A stretch of DNA of 64,000 nt from Runella sp. (GTDB taxonomy: Bacteria > Bacteroidota > Bacteroidia > Cytophagales > Spirosomataceae), in NCBI GenBank assembly GCA_044228585.1, contig JBGAUP010000001.1, positions 5,855-69,854 on the forward strand, in the 5' to 3' direction. A model generated the notes under the pieces. It saw only the letters and a program-made list of their open reading frames with translations. It did not search any database and was not told where the DNA came from. Shown here piece by piece: positions 27,090 through 35,602 of this stretch. Each line of letters begins with the position of its first letter. The stretch's first letter is position 1. Made by a program: the position numbers and the translations under genes.

Positions 27090-29420
27090 TTAATCAGGCA
27101 ATACGCCTTTTTTCTGACGCTTAGAAATAGAAAGAAGTAGGGCAGGAAGGAGAATCAAGTTGGTACACATAGCCACTAACAAGGTGATTGAGACCATCAC
27201 TCCCATAGCGGCTGTTCCTCCGAAACTGGACGCGGCAAAAATGGCAAATCCACAAAAGAGGATAGCCGCCGTATAAATCATACTCAATCCTGTTCCAAAA
27301 ATCGCCTCCGTTATCGCTTCCGAAGCGGTACGCCCTTTTTGATAAATTTCTTGCCGATAGCGCGTTAAAAAATACACCGTACCATCAGAAGCAATCCCAA
27401 ACGTAATGCTAAAAATCAGGATGGTAGTAGGCTTAAAATAAATGTCAAAAAATCCCATAATCCCTGCTGTTAAAGCCAACGGAATCAGACAGGGGAGTTT
27501 TGATAGAAGAATGATGGGAATAGACCGAAAAAGTACCATTCCTACCAAAGCAATCAAAATAATCGCAATCAGAAGACTTTCGTACAAATTGCTCAGTAGA
27601 TAATCGTTGCTTTTCAAAAACACCAAACTATGCCCCGTGAGGCTTACTGTGTAGTCTTTGGGATTAAAAATAGAATCTACTTTGGGCCGAATTTGCGCCA
27701 TTAACTCTTTGATGCGCTCCGAGCCTACGTCGGCCATTTGAAAACTTACCCGCGTGATACTGCGGTCTTTGTTGAGAAACGAATTGAGCTGATTGGCACC
27801 GGTGCTATTTTGGCCTTGGACAAAGTCCGATAATTTAGAAAGTTCCATTGCTCCAGGCAGCACATAATACTTAGCACCACCGCCACGGTAGGCTTGATAC
27901 AAAAATCGTGATGCTTCGACTGCCGATACAGGTTTTGAAAACTCTTGATAATCAGCAAGGGCGTTTTGTAATGCCTTGATTTTGTACAATGTTCGTGCTT
28001 GATTGCCAAAAACGCCATTGGGCTGCTTGGTATCAATCATCACTTCAAAAGGTAGTACTCCGTTGAAGTTTTTCTCAAAAAATCGTAAGTCCACATAAAC
28101 TTGGTCATTCTTGGGGAGGTCATCCACGACGTAGCCAATGGCCTTGATTTTGGTCATTCCATAAGCCGAAATCAGAATAATGATAACCATAACCCAGTAG
28201 ATATCCCTGCGACGGTGGTGTACCAACCAATTGACTTTTTCGAGAAATCCTTTGGCCCACTTTCCGTCTAAATGCCGTAAATGACGTGGCTTCGGAATAT
28301 CCATGTAATGCAACGTGATAGGTAGTAGCACCAAACAAAGTACATAAGTAACCATCACACAAATGGCAGCTACTACCCCAAACTCCACCAATAACGAGCT
28401 ATTGGTAAAATAAAACACCCCAAATCCAATGGCGGTAGTAATATTTGCTAAGAAAATAGACAGCCCGATTTGTTTAATCATCTCGGTGATAGCCTCATCT
28501 TTTCTTCCGTGGGTTGTAAGTTCCAACTGGTACTTATTAATCAAAAAGATGCAATTGGGTACACCAATCACAATCAAAAGTGGGGGAATAAGCCCTGTGA
28601 GTGCCGTAATTTTATAGCTAAAAAGTTGAAGCGTACCCAGCGAAAAAATAACCCCAATCAATACGACCCCAATAGACAGAAGGGTAAGTCGGAATGAACG
28701 AAAAAAGGCCCACAGGATAAAAGCCGTCACCAGCACTGCCAGCCCCATGAATAGTTTCATTTCGCCCGATATTTTCTTCATAATCGTCGTGCGAATAAAT
28801 GGCATCCCCGAATAATGCAATTCGGTTTTATGTTTTACTGCAAACTCATTGGCCAACGAAACAATATCTTCGACGATGGCAATTCGACGCGAAGAGTTCA
28901 ACGCTTTTTCATTGAAAGTAACGAGAATAAGCGTAGCATTGGTTTTAGAATTTAGGACTAATCCTTCATAAAACGGCAAATTCATCACTCCCTTTTTGAG
29001 ACTATCCATCTCTGCTTGAGTGGTGGGGGCTTTTTGAAGAATAGGGCTAAAGTCAAATCGGCTGAGGCTATCGTTCCGAACTACCTTGTACAAATGTCCC
29101 AGCGAAAGTACGTTTTTGATTCCTGTGGTTTCTTTGATTTTTTGAGCAAGCCCGTACCAATCCTTGAATTTATTGAGTTCAAATAGATTGGGGTCTTGCC
29201 AACCAATGACCATGACGCCACCGTCTTCGCCAAACAACTTCCGAAAGTCTTGGTATTCTTTCTCCGTAGGGTCATTGGAAGGAAGAATGCGTGCAAACTG
29301 ATAAGAAAGTTCGATTTTACTACCTTCATACCCCATAAAAGCTGTTGAAATCAGTATGAAGGCGACCCAAGCGAGCCGATAACGAATAATATAATGAGCA
29401 ATTTTACTCCACATAGACAC
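27090..29420 (-). CDS. RND superfamily transporter (MMPL/HpnN-like, 12 TM with two periplasmic loops)
   Basis: 776 aa with a duplicated 6-TM architecture and large loops. Sterol-sensing-like TM blocks. No adjacent adaptor gene. Confidence 0.8.
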   Translation of the reverse strand: MSMWSKIAHYIIRYRLAWVAFILISTAFMGYEGSKIELSYQFARILPSNDPTEKEYQDFRKLFGEDGGVMVIGWQDPNLFELNKFKDWYGLAQKIKETTGIKNVLSLGHLYKVVRNDSLSRFDFSPILQKAPTTQAEMDSLKKGVMNLPFYEGLVLNSKTNATLILVTFNEKALNSSRRIAIVEDIVSLANEFAVKHKTELHYSGMPFIRTTIMKKISGEMKLFMGLAVLVTAFILWAFFRSFRLTLLSIGVVLIGVIFSLGTLQLFSYKITALTGLIPPLLIVIGVPNCIFLINKYQLELTTHGRKDEAITEMIKQIGLSIFLANITTAIGFGVFYFTNSSLLVEFGVVAAICVMVTYVLCLVLLPITLHYMDIPKPRHLRHLDGKWAKGFLEKVNWLVHHRRRDIYWVMVIIILISAYGMTKIKAIGYVVDDLPKNDQVYVDLRFFEKNFNGVLPFEVMIDTKQPNGVFGNQARTLYKIKALQNALADYQEFSKPVSAVEASRFLYQAYRGGGAKYYVLPGAMELSKLSDFVQGQNSTGANQLNSFLNKDRSITRVSFQMADVGSERIKELMAQIRPKVDSIFNPKDYTVSLTGHSLVFLKSNDYLLSNLYESLLIAIILIALVGMVLFRSIPIILLSKLPCLIPLALTAGIMGFFDIYFKPTTILIFSITFGIASDGTVYFLTRYRQEIYQKGRTASEAITEAIFGTGLSMIYTAAILFCGFAIFAASSFGGTAAMGVMVSITLLVAMCTNLILLPALLLSISKRQKKGVLPD

Positions 29421-29525
29421 GGGTACTTTTTATGAAGCCGCAAAGATACTCAGCCTCGTGTTGATTTGACCCAAAAAAGGAAGGATAATTACGAGATTGC
29501 ATCTAAAAATTGAATTCACGTTTAC

Positions 29526-31556
29526 TTATTTGTAGGGAAAAAACAAAACGGCGTCGGCTACCACTACGCCATCCGCATTTTGATTCGTGATTTCTACAAA
29601 ATTGTTGTTTCCTTTTTCAAAGGAGTACGTTCCTAATTTTATCCAATCATTGACTTGGGTTTGGGAGGCCAAAGAGACTTCTTCCACTTTTGCCTCGGCC
29701 TTCACCCTAACGGTGGTTTTACTCGCTTTGGCCTGATCCGCCGCTTCTCCAGGATTGCCACCCCCGCCAACGGGGCTTGGATTGTAGATATAGACCTCAT
29801 ACAACCCCGTTTTGAGAATTTCGGGCGTAAAACGTACGCTATTTTTTTCTTTTCCTTTCGAGTCATCCACCAATTGGGTCGCTGCATATTTACCACCTGT
29901 TTTGAGAGTTTGCCATTTTCCCGTTGTCGTCACTTTGGTGGGTGTTACATCATTGTCCAGCAAAATTTCGGCTTGGCTACCGTCCATGAGCGGGTTGGTC
30001 AGCAGCGTATTTTGCAATTGGGCTACGTCTATTTCCTGAATGGGCTTTTGGGTATCAATGGCGATTGCTGCCGCTACCGCCGAAGCTTGCGCCAACGCCA
30101 TAAATACGGGTTCCATACGGATAGAGCCATAGGCGATGTGAGTGGCTGAAAGGCAAACGGGAACAAACAAATTTTGGCAATCGGCTTTTTTAGGAATCAG
30201 TGACCGATAACTGATAGGGTAGGGGGGAAATCCCCCCACTTGCACATCCCCTTCATTGCGAACTTCCATTTTGCCCGTTTTTGGGTTTTTGACGATGATT
30301 CGCTGGCAATTGTGGGAGTCCATGGTATAAGCAGCCAGTCCGATTCCGTCCTTGACAACCTCACGGCCTTCGCAATTGTGTTGTGTCATGACATACGCGC
30401 CAACCATACGCCGGGCTTCTCGAACGTAAATCTGATGACTAAAATGGTCATTGTCTAAGTATTCGTCTTTGGGATACCCCCATTGGAGCATCTGTTGCCG
30501 AAGGTGCTGAGGCATCCGCGGGTCATGACCCACAAAATATAAGAAGCCTTTTGTATATTCTTCGTGTTCTTGGATGATTTTCTTACGGGTTGCATAATCT
30601 GCTTCCGCATAGTGGTGATTCATGCCAATCATATCGGTTGAAAAACCACCTTTGTTGTTAATGTCTGTCTTAGAGTTGGGCATATCGGCAATGTGCATAA
30701 CGCCCCAATTAATGTGTGGAGGTTTTTCTATCGCCACCTGACGTAGCAGCAACTCATATTTTGTTGAATCATAACCCACAGGGCGTGTTATGGGAATCTG
30801 ATTTGAGGGATCTTTCGTTAAACACAATCGAAAATTATACGTTTGTAAGAGTTTATCCCCCGTACCATTAGGAGCCAAAGTGGCTGTCGAAATCCCCCAC
30901 AACAGGCCACTTGAAGGATTGCCAGGTATTTTGTAAGGGTCAATTCCTTCGGGAAACTGATGTTTATCCAGCATTTGGACTCCGTTCCAAGTTTCGTTAT
31001 ATTGGCTATTGGCCTCTCTTCCCACTACGTAACTCACGCCTGCTTTGGCCATCAAATCGCCTTCATAGGTACAATCAATAAACATTTTCGCTTTGACCGT
31101 TCGTATTCCCTGACCAGAACCATTGGAAGGTTCAACCGTAATTTCCTGAATTTTACCCCCTGTTTTTACCGCTGACACTAAACGATATTCGTACCAAACA
31201 GGAATGTCCCCTTTCTTCACATAGTCCTTGAATAGATTTTCAGCCACATGAGGCTCGAATGTCCATTGCTCAAATTTGCCATAATGTTGTCCAATCTGAC
31301 GGTAAAAATTTCTCGCAATTCCAGTAATGGCATATTTGTTTCCAATGTCTGTTTGTCCCAGTCCTCCTGAACTTAGCCCTCCCAGGTGCTTTCCAGACTC
31401 AATAAGTAGTACTGTTTTTCCTGCTTTTTTAGCCGTGTAAGCGGCAATAACACCTGCTGATGTACCGCCGTACACACAAATATCGTAGGTTTGGGCAATA
31501 GACGAACTAAGAAAGAAGAAGAGAAAAGAAAGACAAAGAAAAAAGCGTGTTTTCAT
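29526..31556 (-). CDS. secreted FAD-dependent oxidoreductase (FAD_oxidored family) with C-terminal beta-sandwich-like domain
   Basis: Signal peptide, dinucleotide-binding motif DICVYGGTSAGVIAAYTAKKAGKTVLLIE, 676 aa, and a Gly-rich linker before the last approximately 100 aa. Confidence 0.75.
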   Translation of the reverse strand: MKTRFFLCLSFLFFFLSSSIAQTYDICVYGGTSAGVIAAYTAKKAGKTVLLIESGKHLGGLSSGGLGQTDIGNKYAITGIARNFYRQIGQHYGKFEQWTFEPHVAENLFKDYVKKGDIPVWYEYRLVSAVKTGGKIQEITVEPSNGSGQGIRTVKAKMFIDCTYEGDLMAKAGVSYVVGREANSQYNETWNGVQMLDKHQFPEGIDPYKIPGNPSSGLLWGISTATLAPNGTGDKLLQTYNFRLCLTKDPSNQIPITRPVGYDSTKYELLLRQVAIEKPPHINWGVMHIADMPNSKTDINNKGGFSTDMIGMNHHYAEADYATRKKIIQEHEEYTKGFLYFVGHDPRMPQHLRQQMLQWGYPKDEYLDNDHFSHQIYVREARRMVGAYVMTQHNCEGREVVKDGIGLAAYTMDSHNCQRIIVKNPKTGKMEVRNEGDVQVGGFPPYPISYRSLIPKKADCQNLFVPVCLSATHIAYGSIRMEPVFMALAQASAVAAAIAIDTQKPIQEIDVAQLQNTLLTNPLMDGSQAEILLDNDVTPTKVTTTGKWQTLKTGGKYAATQLVDDSKGKEKNSVRFTPEILKTGLYEVYIYNPSPVGGGGNPGEAADQAKASKTTVRVKAEAKVEEVSLASQTQVNDWIKLGTYSFEKGNNNFVEITNQNADGVVVADAVLFFPYK

Positions 31557-31611
31557 GTGGTGATTAGATTTGTAAGAAAAAGGGGCAAAGCTTTGAAAGT
31601 TACTTTTGAAA

Positions 31612-31645
31612 TACCAGTAGTCAAACCATGGGTTTGCTACTGGTA
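31612..31645. promoter_or_regulatory. 15-bp stem (one bulge) hairpin/palindrome in the divergent intergenic region
   Basis: taccagtag-t-caaacc atg ggtttg ctactggta. It lies 56 nt upstream of the minus-strand FAD oxidoreductase start. Confidence 0.35.
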
Positions 31646-31910
31646 CTATTATTTCAGCGCACGTTTAAATTTTGAAAGTAGCGGGGTGCATAACTTATGA
31701 GTAATAATGACTTGAGGAGTAAGCGTCAAGGCATCACAAGAAAGAAACGGGCTTTTAAAGGTACAAATCACCATTTTGCAAACTTTCCTTGTAATTTTGG
31801 GGTTAATTTAGAATCAAAACAATCTACACAAAATAGTTAATCGTTTTAGATAAGCGACTATACTCGCTCTTGAGTTTGACAAAGGGCGATTAACGGATAA
31901 CGTAAACATA

Positions 31911-33017
31911 ATGGGTGATTTAACCATCAATAAAGAGAAGATTCTTCAAGCGCTCAGTACGGTACAAGAGCCAGACTTAAAAAAAGACCTCGTAACCCTC
32001 GGTATGATACGCGACGTGGAAACGGGGATTGATACCGTGTCTTTTACGGTGGTCTTGACTACCCCCGCGTGTCCCTTGAAAGAACTCATTCGGAAAGACT
32101 GTACCAATGCCATTCATCGGTTTTTTGGCGACCACATTCGCGTAAATATTAACCTGACAGCTGACGTGACTACGACCCGTACGGGTGGCCCAGTAGTGCC
32201 ACAGGTGAAAAATATCATCGCAGTAGCGTCGGGTAAAGGGGGGGTCGGAAAGTCAACTGTTACGGCCAATTTGGCCATGGCTCTTTATCGTTCGGGGGCA
32301 AAAGTAGGGATTTTGGATGCGGATATTTACGGGCCTTCGATGCCCGTGATGTTTGGGGCGGAAGACATGCAACCTCGTATCGTGACGCGTGACGGGCGTA
32401 ACATGATGGTACCCATTCAGCAGTGGGGCATTAAACTCATTTCGATGGGCTTTCTCGTTCCCCCCGACAGTGCTACCGTTTGGCGTGGCCCCATGGCAAG
32501 TACTGCCCTTCGTCAGCTCATTGGCGATGTAGAATGGGGTGAGTTAGATTATTTATTGATTGATTTACCACCAGGTACCAGCGATATTCACCTCACGCTT
32601 GTGCAGGCCTTGCCCGTGACGGGGGCGGTAATCGTAACGACTCCCCAAAAAGTGGCTTTGGCCGATGCCATCAAAGGTTTGGCAATGTTCCGTCAACCGC
32701 AAATTAACGTCCCTGTGCTGGGAATCGTAGAAAATATGGCCTATTTTACACCCGCTGAACTGCCAAACAATAAGTATTATTTGTTTGGGAAAGACGGAGG
32801 AAAACAACTGGCTGAGAAATTTGATGTACCCGTTTTGGGTCAAATTCCACTCGTGCAAGGAATCCGCGAAGGGGGCGACGAAGGCCGTCCCGCGTACTTG
32901 AGTAATGATATTATTACAAAAGAGGCGTTTCAGGAAGCAGCCGAAAATTTAGCCCAACAAGTAGCGATTCGTAATGCAACTTTGGCCAAAACCAAGCAAG
33001 TGGAGATTAGGGTGTAG
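31911..33017 (+). CDS. apbC: Mrp/NBP35 family iron-sulfur cluster carrier ATPase
   Basis: N-terminal DUF59-like domain, deviant Walker A SGKGGVGKST, and ENMAYF. 368 aa. Confidence 0.9.
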   Translation: MGDLTINKEKILQALSTVQEPDLKKDLVTLGMIRDVETGIDTVSFTVVLTTPACPLKELIRKDCTNAIHRFFGDHIRVNINLTADVTTTRTGGPVVPQVKNIIAVASGKGGVGKSTVTANLAMALYRSGAKVGILDADIYGPSMPVMFGAEDMQPRIVTRDGRNMMVPIQQWGIKLISMGFLVPPDSATVWRGPMASTALRQLIGDVEWGELDYLLIDLPPGTSDIHLTLVQALPVTGAVIVTTPQKVALADAIKGLAMFRQPQINVPVLGIVENMAYFTPAELPNNKYYLFGKDGGKQLAEKFDVPVLGQIPLVQGIREGGDEGRPAYLSNDIITKEAFQEAAENLAQQVAIRNATLAKTKQVEIRV

Positions 33018-33023
33018 TGTTTT

Positions 33024-33103
33024 AGTCCACAGTCTTATAGGTATAGATAATATCTTGACTGTGGGCGGCAAACTGTGGGCTATGGACTGCCAACTTTTGA
33101 CTA
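33024..33103. repeat. heptamer array, NNGACTG family, with an inverted left arm
   Basis: agtccacagtc (33024-33034) is inverted relative to gactgtgggcg (33057-33067). Units ttgactg tgggcgg caaactg tgggcta tggactg ccaactt ttgacta (33055-33103). Located just after the apbC stop. Confidence 0.6.
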
Positions 33104-33145
33104 TAAACCCAAAAAAACGCATATTAGCGGATTAATTCATAAGAA

Positions 33146-33409
33146 ATGGAAACTTTCATCGAAGATTCACTCAAAACACGCGTCGAAAAAGCCCTCAATA
33201 GCATTCGCCCTTATTTGGAAGCTGACGGCGGCAATGTGGTTGTCAAAGAAATAACGGAAGACATGATAGTAAGACTTGAACTCATGGGTTCTTGTAGTTC
33301 ATGTCCCATGTCTTCGATGACTTTTAAGGCGGGATTAGAGGAAGCCATCTTGAAGTCAGTTCCTGAAATCAAGAAAGTAGAAGCCTTAAATCTTACCCCT
33401 GCGTACTGA
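33146..33409 (+). CDS. NifU C-terminal domain (Nfu-type) protein
   Basis: IRPYLEADGGNV and the GSCSSCPMS CxxC motif. 87 aa. Confidence 0.85.
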   Translation: METFIEDSLKTRVEKALNSIRPYLEADGGNVVVKEITEDMIVRLELMGSCSSCPMSSMTFKAGLEEAILKSVPEIKKVEALNLTPAY

Positions 33410-33418
33410 TTGCTGCTT

Positions 33419-34525
33419 TTACTTCCACCATTCTTTTGTTGGATAATTGCCATTAATCTCCACTTTTTCCCCAATCATTGGGGTTGTAATGGCTTGATTC
33501 AATGCTTTAGCATGCTTCACTACCCGCTCAATGGGTTCTGTCCAAGGATGCAGCCCCAACGTAAATTTGCTCCAGTGAACAGGTAAGAGTACTTTGGCGT
33601 TGAGTTCGGTGGCAACTTGCGCAGTTTCTTCGGGCATGAGGTGAATGTACTTCCAGTATTCGTTGTACTGGCCACATTCCAAAATGGCTAAGTCAAAGGG
33701 GCCATATTTTTCCCCGATTTCCTTAAAATGAGTATCGTAGCCCGAGTCACCGCCCACGTAAATGTTGTGGTGGGGTGTTTTTAGAATAAAGGAAGACCAC
33801 AGCGTTTGTCCTCGTTTAAAACCTCTTCCTGAAAAGTGACGGGCAGGAGCTGCCGTGAGTTCTAAGGTGCTATCAATGGCTACTTTTTGCCACCAATCCA
33901 ACTCCGTAATTTGGTCTTCGTCGTAGCCCCAATGTCCTAAGTGAGCACCTACTCCCAACGACGTGATTACCTTTTTTACTTTAGGCTTGAGCTTTTTGAC
34001 CGTCTCATAATCTAAGTGGTCATAGTGGTCGTGGGTGATGATAAGTAAGTCTAAATCAGGAAAATCATCTATGGAATAAACGTTGCTTCCTGCATAATTT
34101 GAACCAAAAAAAGAGACGGGAGAGGCGTAGCCGCTGAAGACAGGGTCAACCAAAATATTTTTGCCTGCGATACGCATAAAGTAAGAAGAGTGTCCAAACC
34201 AGACAATGACGGGTTTGTCAGACTGAATGTTTTTTAAGTCTGTTTTTACCGAGGGGAGTGGTTGGTCTGGCTCTTTGTTTTCAACCTTTGGGATATATGC
34301 TTTCAGAATGTCCCAGTAGCTAACGCCCTCGGCCAAATCGGGGGTTAGGCTTTGGTTTTGAAAAGCATTGTTTTGGAATTGGGGTGATTTTTTGAGACGT
34401 TCAAGATGCTTTCCTGAAGGATTGCGGCCAAACTGCGGTTGTTTCATATACAAATACACAACCGACGGGACAGTTACGATAACAATCACTAAAGTTAACA
34501 TTGTTTTTCTGAGTTTGCGGGACAT
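33419..34525 (-). CDS. MBL-fold metallo-hydrolase (NAPE-PLD-like)
   Basis: ITHDHYDHLD metal-binding motif and an N-terminal TM/signal anchor. 368 aa. Confidence 0.8.
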   Translation of the reverse strand: MSRKLRKTMLTLVIVIVTVPSVVYLYMKQPQFGRNPSGKHLERLKKSPQFQNNAFQNQSLTPDLAEGVSYWDILKAYIPKVENKEPDQPLPSVKTDLKNIQSDKPVIVWFGHSSYFMRIAGKNILVDPVFSGYASPVSFFGSNYAGSNVYSIDDFPDLDLLIITHDHYDHLDYETVKKLKPKVKKVITSLGVGAHLGHWGYDEDQITELDWWQKVAIDSTLELTAAPARHFSGRGFKRGQTLWSSFILKTPHHNIYVGGDSGYDTHFKEIGEKYGPFDLAILECGQYNEYWKYIHLMPEETAQVATELNAKVLLPVHWSKFTLGLHPWTEPIERVVKHAKALNQAITTPMIGEKVEINGNYPTKEWWK

Positions 34526-34605
34526 GAGCTGACTGATTGGAGGGAGTCATTGGTTTGTACATAATCGAATGTTTTCCGACAAAGTTCATCGCAAACTTGC
34601 CTTTT

Positions 34606-35130
34606 TTACCGTATCCAGTCTCGCAGCAATCCTTTGTGGTCGTTTTGGAGAAGAAGCTCAAATAAACGAACCGTGGCGGCAGCATCGCCCATGGCGCGGT
34701 GTTGATTGGTGTGTTGGATTTGCAAATCTCGGCAGATGTTGCCCAAACTGTATGACTTATAGCCAGGAAAAATCTTGCGGCTTAGTTTCACCGTACAGAG
34801 GGTATCTCGGTTGAAATAGGTATCGAGTCTGCCAAATTCTCGTTTTACAAAACCGTAGTCAAACGTGACGTTGTGCGCTACAAATGCAGCATCGTAGGTC
34901 ATGCGGTGTACTTCATCGGCGATTTCTTCAAAAGTAGGGGCATCTTTCACCATTTGATTGTCAATACCCGTGAGTTGAGTAATAAAATTCGGTATCCAGC
35001 ACTGCGGATTGACTAAACTTTGGTAAGCATCCACTACTTGCCTTCCGTCGTGGCGGACAATGGCGATTTCGGTAATGCGGCTTGTAGCGTGTGTTCCGCC
35101 CGTGGTTTCAATATCAACAATTGCAAACAT
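34606..35130 (-). CDS. DnaQ-like 3-prime to 5-prime exonuclease domain protein
   Basis: ORF 34606..35217; the likely start is ATG 35130 (MFAIVDIETTGG, ExoI motif). FVAHNVTFDYGF (ExoII) and HRAMGDAAAT (ExoIII). Confidence 0.8.
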   Translation of the reverse strand: MFAIVDIETTGGTHATSRITEIAIVRHDGRQVVDAYQSLVNPQCWIPNFITQLTGIDNQMVKDAPTFEEIADEVHRMTYDAAFVAHNVTFDYGFVKREFGRLDTYFNRDTLCTVKLSRKIFPGYKSYSLGNICRDLQIQHTNQHRAMGDAAATVRLFELLLQNDHKGLLRDWIR

Positions 35131-35247
35131 AAAGAAGTAACTATTTCGCAAAATACGGGAAAAAACCCGATACGATACGGGAAATTTCCCGTTGTTCCGC
35201 ACTTCCCAATCACGCATTTTTGCAGGGTACTTTACAAACCCTCCATC

Positions 35248-35598
35248 ATGACAACGCTTGAACTTACTCAGATGCCCAATGGCTTAGTGGGTATTCGATT
35301 GCCGATACTCACAGACAAAGTGTTCGTTCCTTTAAATGAGATTATTCGTCTCGAAGGTCAGCGAAATTACACACTTTTTGTTCTAAATAGTGGCAAAAAA
35401 ATCTTGGTAGCCAAAACCCTGCGACTTTTTGATGAGCTATTTCCCTCTACTTTTGTGAGAGTCAGCCGTGGCTGTATTATCAATATGTCTTTCCTTATTT
35501 CGTTAAAAGAAGGAAAGTTTCTCCTAAAAGACGGTTTTGAAATACCGATTTCACGAAGGAGAATAAAGCATTTTGAAGCAGTTCGACAAGCTGCTTAG
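35248..35598 (+). CDS. stand-alone LytTR DNA-binding domain protein (no receiver domain)
   Basis: ORF 35020..35598, with the likely ATG at 35248. LytTR signature IIRLEGQRNYTLFVL...TLRLFDELFPSTFVRVSRGCIIN. 116 aa. Confidence 0.7.
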   Translation: MTTLELTQMPNGLVGIRLPILTDKVFVPLNEIIRLEGQRNYTLFVLNSGKKILVAKTLRLFDELFPSTFVRVSRGCIINMSFLISLKEGKFLLKDGFEIPISRRRIKHFEAVRQAA

Positions 35599-35602
35599 GT
35601 CG

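Noticed and set aside
35020-35247. The 76-codon N-terminal extension of the LytTR ORF, overlapping the exonuclease gene.
   Set aside because: The extension is antisense to the ExoI motif region of the exonuclease. The LytTR domain begins right after the internal ATG at 35248.
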